A stretch of 64,000 nucleotides of DNA, taken from Stegostoma tigrinum. Its lineage: Eukaryota. The stretch is from contig NC_081362.1 in the NCBI RefSeq assembly GCF_030684315.1, forward strand, positions 95,711,187-95,775,186. The letters run 5' to 3'. Below the pieces are notes generated by a model. That model made no database searches. It was not told where the DNA came from and was given only the letters and a program-made list of their open reading frames with translations. The position numbers and the translations under genes are program-made. Below, one piece after another: positions 53,241-64,000 of the stretch. Numbering within the stretch: the first letter of the stretch is position 1; each line of letters begins with the position of its first letter.

Positions 53241-54897
53241 GCTAAATGAAAAGGGATTTCAAGACTACCAAGCATAGATTTAAGGTGAAAGGGGAGAGAC
53301 TTAAAAAGGACGTGAAGGGCAACCTTCTTACACAGAGGATAGTTTGTTTGTGGAATGAATCCAGAGCAAGCGGTGGATGTGTGTTCAGTTACGATGCTAA
53401 AAAGACATTTGGATAAGTACATGAATAAGAAATGGAGGGATAAGGGGCAGGTGCAGGCAGGTGGGACTAGTTTAGTTTGGGGTTATGGTCAGCATGGACT
53501 GGTTGGACTGAAGGGCCTGTTTCCATGCTGTATGATTCCACGTAATTCAGTTTGTGAGATGAGACAGTACAGAAACACAAATCTTTAATGCCGCACAACT
53601 TTATTTAGTTGACAATATTCATCACAATAGTGTCCATGTGTTACTTTGCTGAAAGGTTAAAAGGCATCTTTCCCCCATTTGTAGCCTCACTCCCTGTACC
53701 CAGCCTCCTTATCTCATTACTGGACCAGACTCTGCACCTTGTACCTGAGCATCATTTACAAAGTCAAGTACTGTTTCTGATATTTGCCTGTCAATGATTT
53801 ATAATGCTAGCAGAAGCCTCAGACTCTCACTCAGGCTCTGTATCCATTGACAGTCTCTGTCTGTCTGTCTGTCTCTCGCTGACCCACTTATTGTGCTGCA
53901 TACCTCGAATCATGTGGGTGATGTTCAGTACTTTTCTCAGAAAAACTTACTAATGTCCCAGTTTTTTTTATTGTAAGGTTTGATGTTTAGTTGTGTTTGA
54001 CTTCTTCATGAGATTTCAGAGTTTGTTTTGAATCTTTTTACATCATTTAATTTGTATGGGGGCATGAGTTCCTGGACAGGGTCAGCCACTGATTACCTGG
54101 AGATTTTGTTTGGTGACCACTGGTGTCTGGAAATGAGTAATTTCTAATAAATAAATGAAAGCTCACTATCCAGACTATGATGAACTGATTTATCTAATGA
54201 GCTTGGATGTTCCCTTGCTTTCTGAAAATACAAATTACTTATATCCACAGACACAGTCCTTCTGTGATTAACCTTATTGGTACATGAAAAAGGAAAAGCT
54301 CTCTGCTTTTAGTAACGATGCAAGCTCTTCTGAAAGCCCTCCAAATTGTGAGCTGACACCGGTTCTGTCAGCTAGTGTGGGTCACTGTCCTGGGTTAGTA
54401 CATGCCACAATGGAATGTGATTAATTTCTTCACTCTAGGGACCAGTGATGTCGTGGGCACAAGTTGACACTCCTTACCTATCCCTCAGTTGCTGAGGAGC
54501 TAATGGTTGGTCACCTTACTTCTGGAGGTTTTATGCAATTTAGAAACCTTTCCAAAGAGGGGACGGCAAAGGAGAAATGCTTGCTGCAGGGAAATATCAA
54601 GGCTGGTAGAGAATGGAGATGGCTAGGAGAACACCTAGTTCAGTGTGAACTGTGCTTCAATGTTTTATCGAAAACTAAATTAGTTTTCTCTGACATGGCA
54701 TTAGTTCATTTAGTTTCCTCTACCATTTGTCCTCCTGTCATCTATTTAATGGAAGTGTTTCCTGCAGTTTTCTGCTTGTTAAGGCCTCCAATGGAGAATG
54801 GAACTCTCACTGTAGCTGAAGAAGAAATGCTGGTTTCGTGGTGACTCTGGACAAATATTTTCTGTTGTTTTGATAACTGTTTGTCTCTTTCAACAGA

Positions 54898-54967
54898 ATG
54901 AGTCATCTCTTTGTTTCACTCGTTACTTTCATCATAAAACTGGCAGCTGCTCAGGGCTTTTCAGATG
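54898..54967 (+). CDS. B7/butyrophilin-like Ig gene, coding exon 1 (signal peptide MSHLFVSLVTFIIKLAAAQGFSD)
   Basis: ttgtctctttcaacag|A ATG ... GAT G|gtgagt; phase 1. Confidence 0.85.
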
Positions 54968-55968
54968 GTGAGTGTGGGGCTTTGTTTGTCCATCTGACTA
55001 TAGCTACAATTGTCTGCATCTGTCTGTCTGCCACTCCACAATCCTTCTCCTCCCTTCAACCCTGGGCATTTCATTCCTCCTTGGATTGTTCCTCAGGTTT
55101 GAGGACCAATTGCTCACTCTCCAGTGGCCACCTTTCAGGGAGTGGAGGGTTTGGGCTATGAGGAGAGGGGCTAAATAGACTGGGGCTATTTTCCCTGGAG
55201 CATTGGAGGCTGAGGGGTGACCTCCCAGCAGACTATAATATGAGGGGGATGCATTTGGTAAAAATCAAGGTATTTTTCCCCCCAGAGAGGGGAAGAACTT
55301 AAAAGGGACCTGAAGGGTAGTGTTTTCATATAGAAGGTGATGCATCTATTGAATGAGCTGACAGAGGAAGTGGTGGAGGCTGGTATTGTTACCACATTTA
55401 AAAGGCATCTGGATGGATATATGAGCAGGAAGGGTTTAGATGGATATAGGTCAAATGCTGGCAAATGGGACTAGGTTAGATTGGGTTGTCTGGTTAGCAC
55501 GGATGCATTGGGCCAAAGGGTCTGTTTTGAATGCAGTATGACTGTAACTCTTGTGCCCTGATCTCCCTGTCACATTATGGAGCAGGTGCTGCTTTAAAGG
55601 CTTGAGTAGATGGTATGCTTGAAAGTTTATATGTTGTACCCTACGTCCCAACTTTGTCTCTAATCATTCCCAAAGGAACCTTGTACATTTCTTTCGATCA
55701 TAAGCTGGAGACTCTGAAGTCCATGAGGATGTTTGAGCTCTCCCTAAAATGATTCTGCTGTCTTGGGAATCTTCTGCAATGACCGAACTCTGTATACAGT
55801 AGCTGCTTAGGGAGTCTAGTAATGGATACTTACCAAATCAATTAGATCATCTAAATTGCACGTCTACAGAGCACCAGGATCCCTACTGATGTTCATCCAG
55901 CTCCCTCACACTTTATCAGTATCTGTGCAAAAACAGTGCAGTGATTCCCTGTTCCATGTCTTTTGCAG

Positions 55969-56316
55969 GTGATTTGAAGATTGAATGTGTGAAAAATCAG
56001 ATCACTGTGAAGTTTGGAGAAGATCTTGTTATTCCCTGCTACCATCACTTTGTGGATGAACCCAGTGCCATTACTTTCAGTTGGATGAAGATGGACACTG
56101 TGGGTGTTATCTACAATTATACAATGAGCCACAGCAGCCTGGAGGAGCAAGAGCCCAGCTACAGAGACAGAATCGAGGTCTTTGACAGTGAGATTCCGAA
56201 AGGGAATGTGTCACTGAGATTGAGGAACGTAACTCTGTCTGACTCGGGTATCTACAGACTCTCCGTTGCCACACGATCCCAAAGCACTGAGACGATGGTT
56301 GCTGTGGGAGTAAGAG
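55969..56316 (+). CDS. B7/butyrophilin-like Ig gene, IgV exon
   Basis: tcttttgcag|GT..AGA G|gtagaa; 348 nt, phase 1-1. GEDLVIPC..FSW..EQEPSYRDRIEVFDSEIPKGNVSLRLRNVTLSDSGIY is the B7/BTN/MOG-type V-set signature. Confidence 0.92.
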
Positions 56317-57404
56317 GTAGAAACCAGTGAAATGTCCTCTCATTTATTCGGTACACTGGACTGAGCCTTATAGCTACACCGACACTCCATCAGCCCAACA
56401 ACCCAGAGAGTGGGTGCTGTACTGAGTTTTCCTGTTAATATCTTGAAGACTTCGATCAGATCATTCTTCAAATTTCTAAATTGTAAAGACAAAGGCCTAA
56501 TTTGTATAATCTCCACTCAAATATAACCCTCATGTCCAGGTATCATTCTTTTAAACAAATGTTATACTCCATTCAAGTCTATATACCCATACTGATTCTC
56601 GTGTACAGATCTGCTCACAGTACTCTCACTGGGGACTAAGCAGGGTTTTATATAATTACAGTATAAATTGTACATCCTTACACTCCAGTCCACAAGATTA
56701 TTAAGGCCATTATTCCATAAGCTTGCTTGATCATTTTCTGTACCTGCTTATGATATTTTGAAGATCTCTGGACCTGCACCCACCAAGTCTGTGTAGACAT
56801 TCACTGTATTGAATTTCATACTAACTAGGAAGTACCCTGATCTACCCAAATTCAGTCCAAAATTATAACCTCACACTTGCTCACATTGACTGAGTAGAGG
56901 CTTTATAGAATAACAAAGCAGCAAATAAAAATCGAGAAGAGAGCAGATTTCCAAGTCTGCCTGGAATTGATGTCATTACAGTCCTCCCCCTTCTGACAGT
57001 AGCAAAGAACCCAACTTCTTGACACTACATAAATGTGCAATTATCAATTAGAATCAAATAATCATGCTTTCAAATTGGAGAATTGGGCATAAAAAAAATC
57101 TAGAAAACATTCCAGTGTCTATGCTGAGGAGGCGCTGCATTGTCACAGGGTTGATTCTGAGAGCTTTGAAAGATGGTCTCGGTTCTGATGGTGCCAGGGA
57201 TATTTATATTTTTCTAAAAGTGACAGAATATGAGCTCAGATTTACCACAGAATAGCTTATTACCAGGCAGAGAATGTTTGGAGGTGTTGAAGCCATATTA
57301 AAGGGCTCCTGGGGCTTCGATGAGCTATAATTGAGATGATTATTGGGTAAGGGACCCCACATGAAATGGAAGAGACGTGACAGATGTTTGCTTTTCCCTC
57401 ACAG

Positions 57405-57689
57405 CTGTAGGTGCACAGCCGGTCATCCGCTCGCATATTACTGATCAGGGCTTCTCCAAACTGGTATGTGAGTCCTCGGGATGGTTCCCAGAGCCCACTG
57501 TGATCTGGGAGAATAGCCTGGGGGTGCAACTGACACAGTATGCACACACGGAGACAATCAATAGAACCGGTGGGTTTCTCCACATGAGGAGTACGATTGG
57601 ACTAGACCACGGACCGATCAGCAATTACACCTGCACTATGATGGACCAGCACCTGAATGAGGCGGTCTCATTTGTTTTTGTTGTTCTGA
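57405..57689 (+). CDS. B7/butyrophilin-like Ig gene, IgC (CD80-like) exon
   Basis: ttttccctcacag|CT..CTG A|gtgagt; 285 nt, phase 1-1. AVGAQPVI..LVCESSGWFPEPTVIW..NYTC, the typical B7/BTN constant domain. Confidence 0.92.
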
Positions 57690-59774
57690 GTGAGTATTGT
57701 ATACTTAAATTGTGCAGGCCTCCTTGTGAGGATCCCCTCAGCAACTGCAGTGAAGACTACACCAAGCCACAGACTGTATATTGCCTGTCAGTTCCCATTG
57801 AGTGAGGAGGACCTGCTGTTTGTTGTTGGAGCTGGAAATGTTCCGAGTTTGCTGACAGTACGAAGAAGCCACAATTAAAAACATCAGAACTCTGAGCAGG
57901 AAGAGGCTCACACCCCATACTCTTTCAACAAGTTACTAATAAATTAAACATCTGTCTGTGCCTTAAATTGTTGTTTGCTAAGTCAGGAATTACTGTGTGT
58001 GAATGCCATGGGGCTACAAAGTCAGATTACTTGAATATTTCTGATGGAGTTCGGTTTTACTTAATGTGAGGAAGTGACACGTCAACCACTTTGACCCCAA
58101 GCATGTTGATAGCAAGCAATCCAGGGAACAGTGCATTTTCTAATCTGCCTGTTCAGTAATGTTATTACATATATACCTCTGGGCCAGGTAGGAATTGACC
58201 CTGGGTTTCCTAGTTTAGAGGTAGGGGCACTAACACTGCACTGGAAGATCCTTGGGATCTTCTTTTGTTCTTATTCCTAGAAGTGTTGTCGCACAAAACC
58301 AAATAACTTTCCTACTACTGACTGGAGTCCGCTTTGTTATATTTTCTAATCAGCCTGCTTAGAGATGTTATTACACATCTCCTAGAGCTGGTAAGGCTTG
58401 AACCTGTGTCTCCTGGCTCAGAGTGAGGGATACTACCATTGCTCCACAAGAACCATGTTTTCTATGTTCTAACCTTGGGGAATAGTCTGAACATGTAGAT
58501 CAGCTGAGATTTCATTGTGCAGCTAAGTTGAGCAACTGAATGGCCAGCACATTGTATATTCATTTTATTGTATGGCCACAATTGGTCAGTATATTATGCA
58601 GGCATTGGGTAGTCAGTGATGGGAACAAGAATATTTTTGGTGTGAGGAACAAGCAGTGTTCAAATTAGTATTTTTTTTCAACCACCCTGTAATTGACAGC
58701 AATCACCACTTGTCTTAACCACAATGAAAAGTGGAGGGAAGAAGGAAGGAACAGTTGGGGAGCCCAATGCCAATCCATACTCTGGTTTCAGTTCCCAGAC
58801 TCACTGACTGGAGTAGTGGGAGGGGGTTGTTAGCTTCTCCCAAGAGTCCTGATTTTTTTTTTTGTATATATTATTATATATCAAGGCATGTAGAAGGAGG
58901 GAAGGCTGCGTATAGTAAAGGTAGCTGCAAAGTGTTAGAGAGACTGCCACAGCTGATGTGGAACTATGGCAGACTTTCTGCAATACAATTCTAGTGGCCA
59001 AGGATTATACGTGAGGTTCACATACCACAGCTGATGTTTTAAAGATCATCTTTGAGAAGGATGGAAAAATCTTGGTTGATGAAAGGCAGAGTCACCAATG
59101 AAGTTCTGGAGATACACAAGAGTCTGAGAATTGGAGCGGTGTAGCAATCTTGAAGGTTATGGAACAGAGGAACAGTTTAGTGATTAGGAGTGCTGGGGAG
59201 GGGGCACATGGAAGAGCTGAAGTCTAGAGAATGATTTGAAAACCATGATGATAATTTCAGAATCAAAATATTGCCAAGCAGGGAGTCAAAGTAGATCAGC
59301 GAGCAGAGGGTGATAGCTGGTTGGGATATAAGAGGAGTTAAGACCCTAGAGTTTTGGACATGGCTTTAAAATATTACAATAATATTAAACTAAAAGCTGC
59401 TGCTGGAGTGAGGCAATGAAGGTAAAGTGAGGTGAAGAGGGCAGCTCTTTGAGATGGTTATTCAAACAAAGGATAAATTAAATTCTCTTCCTTGTCGCCA
59501 AACTTATCTAGCTTTCCACTGAAGCTACTGTGTACAAAGCACCAGAGCAAATTCAACCCTGTTGTACTTCTTTATCTTCATCCAGTTCATGTGGAAACCA
59601 ACTGGTGAGCAACCAGGCAATGTGGAACTGCAGTAAGTCCTGATATAGCAAACAACAGACATCCTGTCGCATACCGGAGAATGGTCACTGGAGCCGAAAT
59701 GTTAATTCTGCTTTCTCTCCACTGATGCTGCTAGACCTGCTGAGCTTTTCCAGCAATTTCAGTTTTTTATTTAC

Positions 59775-60510
59775 TCATGTGACGTGGGCATCACTGGCTG
59801 AGTCAGCATTTATTGTCCATCCCTAGTTACCTTTTGAGAAAGTGGTGGTGAACTGCTGTGTTGGACCGTTGCAGCCCATGTGCTGTAGGTAGACGCCCAG
59901 TGCTATTAGAGAGCCGATTCTAGCATTTTGGCCCAGCAACACTGAAGGCTTAGGAACATTATCCCCTGCAAGTTTCCCTCCAAACCACAATACATCCTGA
60001 CTTTGGGGTAATTTCCCATGTCTCTGCTGCGCATGACCCTCTAGTTGAAAGAGGTCGTGGGTTTGGAAGTTTGGAAGCTGTCTGAGCATCTTTGGTGAAT
60101 TGCTGCAGTGCATCTTGTAGATGGTACACACTTGCTACTCAACATCAGTGGTGGAGGGAGTGGATGCTTGGGGATGCAGTGCCAATCAAATGGGCAGCTT
60201 TGCCCTGGATGGTGTTGAGCTTCTTGAGTGTTTTTGGAGTTGCATGTATCCAGGCATGTGGGGAGGATTCCATCACGCTCCTGACTTGTGCCTTGTAGAT
60301 GGTGGACAGGCTTTGGAGAGTCGGGAAATGAGTCACTCACTGCAGGATTCCCAGTCTCTGACCTGATCTTGTATCTACTATACTTATATGGTTGGCCCAG
60401 TTCAGATTCTGGTCAATAGTAAGCCCCCAGGAAATTGGTAATGGTGGAATTCAGTGATTGTAACACCATTGAATGCGATGGTTAGATTTTTTTTCTTGTT
60501 GGAGATGGTC
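59775..60510 (-). mobile_element. LINE 3' fragment (same family as 8520-11420)
   Basis: SLSTIYKAQVRSVMESSPHAW..PKTLKKLNTIQGKAAHLIG (ORF 60145-60336), plus the family tail. Confidence 0.75.
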
Positions 60511-60638
60511 TTTGGCCGGTTAAACTGCTCTCAGTCTGGCTGTCTGTCTGTCTCTCTGTCTGGCTGATTCTGATTAATGCTGAACTAACATTAGGAATAT
60601 TTTCTTCGACTTCCTGCTCCTGTTTTTTTTTGTCCCAG

Positions 60639-60730
60639 TTGCAGGATCGCCTTGGAATATCGTAGTCGGGACCGCTGGGACCATTGTCTTTTCTGTGATT
60701 TTGGCTGTTTCAGTTTACTGGAGTTGGTAA
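60639..60730 (+). CDS. B7/butyrophilin-like Ig gene, transmembrane/terminal exon (IAGSPWNIVVGTAGTIVFSVILAVSVYWSW*)
   Basis: Strong polypyrimidine acceptor tttttttttgtcccag|. The phase-1 frame gives a hydrophobic helix then TAA at 60728-60730. In-frame alternative acceptor at 60645. Confidence 0.7.
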
Positions 60731-63700
60731 CAAGATGGAAAAGTAGGTATTTCAACCCATACTCGTCAGCTGTCCAATAACATGCAGTCAGTTAATAGTG
60801 GCTGGAGGAAGCCATTCAGCCCCTCAGCTGCATTCTGCCATTCAGATTGTGACCAGTCTGCATTTCAAGTTTATTTTATCTGCAGTGGTTCTGTATTCCC
60901 TGATGCACTGAAGCAGCAGAAAATCGATGCCATTCAGTGCTGGAAAAAGTTCACGGCTCCCTCAGAATCCACATCATTTTGTTAGAGGGAGGTCCTGGCA
61001 CCCCTCCCTTTTGGTGTGAGGAAGCACTTCCCGATGTTAGCACTGAATGGCCTGCCTCAGATTTTATAGTTTTCTCCACCTTGTTCTGGAGTTACCACAC
61101 CCCAAACCTGGCATTATCTGTGTTTTAACCCCACTGCGAAGCCTCTCCAGCATCAGCAGTTTCTACCAGTTCCCACTATTTCTGAGAGAAAATCATTTCT
61201 GTCTGTCTGCATCCTCGATTCTTGTTATCATTTTAAATACCATGCCCACAAAACTCAAATTAATACAAGGTTTGACCATACATTCAAGGCTTTCAGCCCC
61301 TGCATCATTGAAATGACTCTGTGCTCCTCCCTTTCTGAGAAGTAGTGCCCAAAACTGAACATACTCATTTATTCATTGACAAATGTCAAGCTTGTTCCTC
61401 AGTTAAATCGAGGTTTACGTGATTGCCTTTGGGCATCCCGGAGTATTTCAGGAGGGATATCCGTGAGGGATATCAAACTGGTGAATTAAACCCTGTATGG
61501 GTCTGTGGATGGAGCTTGATTAGTCAGCACAGTGTTTTATCTTGCATTATTTTTGGTTGCTAATGGATTCCTGTCACTGTATGTTTTACGCATTAAACCG
61601 CCGTTTAAATATTATGAATGTTTTGTGATTGACATAATAGCATAGACTTAGTATAACTGGAATAATTTACATCATGGTTTCTCATATTAGGACACTGCAT
61701 GTCAAATGAGTATTAATCCCTGTTTTCCTTGACAGGTTTTCCTTGTGTGACTGTCTCTGAAGACCTGTTTGTTTAAGGGACACACCTGGTATGAACACAA
61801 GATGAGATGCAGTGGTTGGAAGGAAATTATTTCTGCCCAGTACACAAGCATGTTCTGCTTCTTCCTTGAAGACGCCGGAGCCAACAGAATTCCAGCACTC
61901 TATTTCCTGATTGTTGTTCTTCTGCAAAATTAGTGCCTTTTTTTAAAGAAAATAAGCTTATTTTTGCACTTTACAGTGTGGCCTCAGCACTGTGTGTGTG
62001 TGAAATTTTAACATTAACCATGCTTGTCATAGTGATGTTGACAAACCTAACCCACTTATAACCAGGAGCTCTGCAGCTCAGAATGAAGTGATTTGTACTA
62101 ATCCATGAATATCTGCTTTCCCCTTGCCATCACAGTTGAGGATATGAGGCTCCACCGTTCATTCTGTTTATCATGTTACAAACTGTGTATGACTTATCTC
62201 AGTTCATGTAGGTTTTCAAAAGTCTTGGACTCTATTCCCTTTCCACTGAGCATGACCTAAACTTGCAGAATTCTAAAGAAAGCATTGAAGTAAATTCTCC
62301 TCTGCCTAGGTTACCTTGGTGAGCTCTGGGATAGAGCTTCAACGTTAACAACCTTAGCTTATTTGCCAGCCTTACAAGAACCATGGTGCTTAATTTTGTA
62401 AATATTACACCCTTCCAGACTGTGGGAATTGCTGCTAAGGATTTATAACATAGGAAAAGCTAGTATGCGCTACACAAGACCAAATCCCAGTGTCGTGCTC
62501 TCTCCCTAAAATCTTAGAGCATTCTCTGCTGCTGATCTACCATTTCCTAGAATAACGTAATCGTCTTGTCATACAGTAATCAAAATGTCCATTCTAAATG
62601 CTGCTTCTTGCTCTTAATGACCATTGAGGCTGCACAAATTATTTTAACCCCATTCAACTGCCAGAATGTTTTTCAATCCTTCTGACATTTAACTCCAGAG
62701 GGAGTGATGATGTAATTGTTTTGCCACGGGGTGAGTAATCCCAAACAGCATATTAATGCTCTGGGAATGTGGGTTTAAATTTCACCTTGATAGATGGTGA
62801 AATTTTAATCAATAAATCTGGAATTAATAGTAAGTCCGTTGGTGATTATGAAGTTATTGTTAATTGTCTATCTGGCTCATCATCTTCCAGTTAGGCAAGC
62901 AAATCTGCCATCGTCACCTCGTCTGGCTTACATGAGACCCCAGACCCTCAGAAAACTGACTGTTCAATAACACCAGATGAGCCAGTCAGAATCAAAGAAG
63001 GGGCTGGAAATGGAGATGACATGCACAGCCCTGTCAAACCTCAAAAGTTCTCATTGTTAATGCCTCAGACAACACCATCACTATTGTCCCACAGGCAGGA
63101 TAAGCCCAGCAAAGGTGGTAACATAGTAGCATATAGTCAGGAGGGAGCTACCCTGCCAATCTTCAATATTGACTCTGGGCCCCATGAGATGTCTTGGCAC
63201 TTGCTCAGTAGTAAGCTGCTCAGTGACATCCAGTTTGGGTTCCACCAGGGCCACTCAGCCCCAGACCTTATCACAGCCACTGCTCCCACAGCAAGACCCG
63301 GATCAGTCCCAGTCCTCAGCAGTGCTTGTATCTTTGCCTAAAATGATAACTGAGTGTGGAAGAACCATCTTTCACAGCTCTCCTGCCTCCTGGGACTGCA
63401 GAACTGAAGGTTGTTTTCATGCTGACCTTGCACAGTGCTATTGGTTTTGATGAGTTACCTATTAATACACCACATCCTCTTTATATATTTGTTTATAAGA
63501 TATTAATTTGTTGCCTTGTCTAGTGTCATTAGCTTGCTGTATTGAACACATGTAATTCTTAGACTTCATACCTTGGTAAAGTGAGAAACTAGACACTAAT
63601 TTTTATTTTTCTCTAAGAAAAAGGATTTATTTACCCAATGCTGTGGTGAAATATATTTGCCGCCTACAACCACCCCAGTGTCCCATCAATCTCTATCAAT

Positions 63701-64000
63701 GCATTAGGGACTTAATTAAATCATGCTCTTCGTTAATATAATTAACATTGCATTAACAATTTCTTGGTTACCCTGCTCTGTCTTGATGCAGTACAAAACA
63801 GCAAGTCTTAAAATGGGATGCTTGTCACGTTTGGGACTTTGAGATTTACTCTTTGAAGAGGTGGGGAGGAGGAATGTTGAGCAGATTGCAAAAGATCCCT
63901 GAGTCATTGCTCGGTGTTTGTATTCATCATGACCATCGTACCAGAAATGCAGGCTTTGTTCTTGCATGCTGCTGTAACAGCCCAACATTTGGAAATGAGG

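Noticed and set aside
1-64000. CRISPR arrays, prokaryotic operons, tRNA/rRNA genes
   Set aside because: None seen. The DNA is eukaryotic and intron-containing, and the tRNA-like segments are SINE heads.

Overview
Repeat-rich vertebrate genomic DNA. The repeat complement (HE1-type SINEs, HER1/CR1 LINEs, Penelope-derived hairpin elements) points to a cartilaginous fish, probably a shark; this is inference. A CpG island at ~30.6-31.2 kb looks like a bidirectional promoter, with a non-coding first exon and splice donor on each strand. Plus strand: a complete 4-exon B7/butyrophilin-type Ig gene (signal, IgV, IgC, TM; 54898-60730, ~264 aa). Its IgV lacks the canonical F-strand Cys and its TM exon ends in a stop with no cytoplasmic tail. 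Minus strand: a similarly built signal-peptide exon at 17001-17059, whose downstream exons were not found in the window. Most striking: a near full-length, young Tx1 (L1-clade) retrotransposon (~34253-39611) sits inside the hammerhead-ribozyme motif of an inverted-repeat Penelope-like element (PLE). Its 5' end carries a diverged copy of the PLE sequence downstream of the ribozyme cleavage site, which rebuilds the hammerhead at the 5' junction. This suggests a Tx1 family that targets PLE ribozymes and may use them for 5' processing. About 20 short PLE-derived elements, several with hammerhead remnants, are scattered through the window. Most ORFs in the supplied track are spurious or decayed TE fragments. 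All alignments and counts were done by eye.
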